From NCBI GenBank assembly GCA_038523235.1, contig JBCBJQ010000055.1, forward strand, positions 1 through 37,929: a stretch of 37,929 bases of DNA, written 5' to 3'. Positions 37,834 through 37,929 of this stretch are shown here, piece after piece (the first letter of the stretch is position 1; every line of letters starts with the position of its first letter). The notes beneath the pieces are model-generated. The model had not been told where the DNA came from, did not search any database, and worked only from the letters and a program-made list of their open reading frames with translations. The stretch is from Cyanobacteria bacterium J06626_4. GTDB taxonomy: Bacteria > Cyanobacteriota > Cyanobacteriia > Phormidesmidales > Phormidesmidaceae. A program made the position numbers and the translations under genes.

Positions 37834-37929
37834 GGCTGGATGAAGAGAGAAAAGTCAACAGAAGTGAGAATGCACTGTGAAGCTTAATCAGCAAAAAAAG
37901 CCAGCCAGGAACGCCAAGCAGTTTTTTGC

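Noticed and set aside
37891..37929. GCAAAAAA...TTTTTTGC inverted ends at the window edge as a terminator
   Set aside because: The internal stem pairs poorly and the context is truncated.

Overview
This is a chromosomal window from a filamentous-type cyanobacterium. The evidence is frequent HIP1 octamers (GCGATCGC), photosystem I genes psaF-psaJ-psaL, and hormogonium-polysaccharide-type glycosyltransferases hpsN-O-P; GC is roughly mid-50s % by eye. Most of it is housekeeping or metabolic: cysteine desulfurase, DUF1995, cobB/cbiA, tsaD, a Ski2/HelY-like helicase, codB, family-4 UDG and a REC-PAS-GGDEF-EAL protein. Accessory stretches are interspersed. (1) At 1-1.9 kb an AT-rich, HIP1-free island encodes a 5'-truncated YjcZ/RdcB-like protein coupled to a patatin phospholipase, probably the tail of a dynamin-YjcZ-patatin module and possibly a defence system. 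(2) A PPC-TPR-CHAT protease lies divergent from an LRR lipoprotein. (3) A pentapeptide/HhH/channel-like fusion protein follows. (4) An islet after tsaD has a perfect 29-bp inverted copy of the tsaD 3' end, a secreted protein made of 14 FDELRRENLDKDA repeats, and a divergent XRE-HTH fusion. (5) A Uma2 gene is broken by one amber codon. There are also small inverted-repeat elements. psaJ is missing from the ORF track and was translated by hand. No rRNA, tRNA, CRISPR array, transposase or integrase was recognised. Family assignments come from motif recognition, not database searches.
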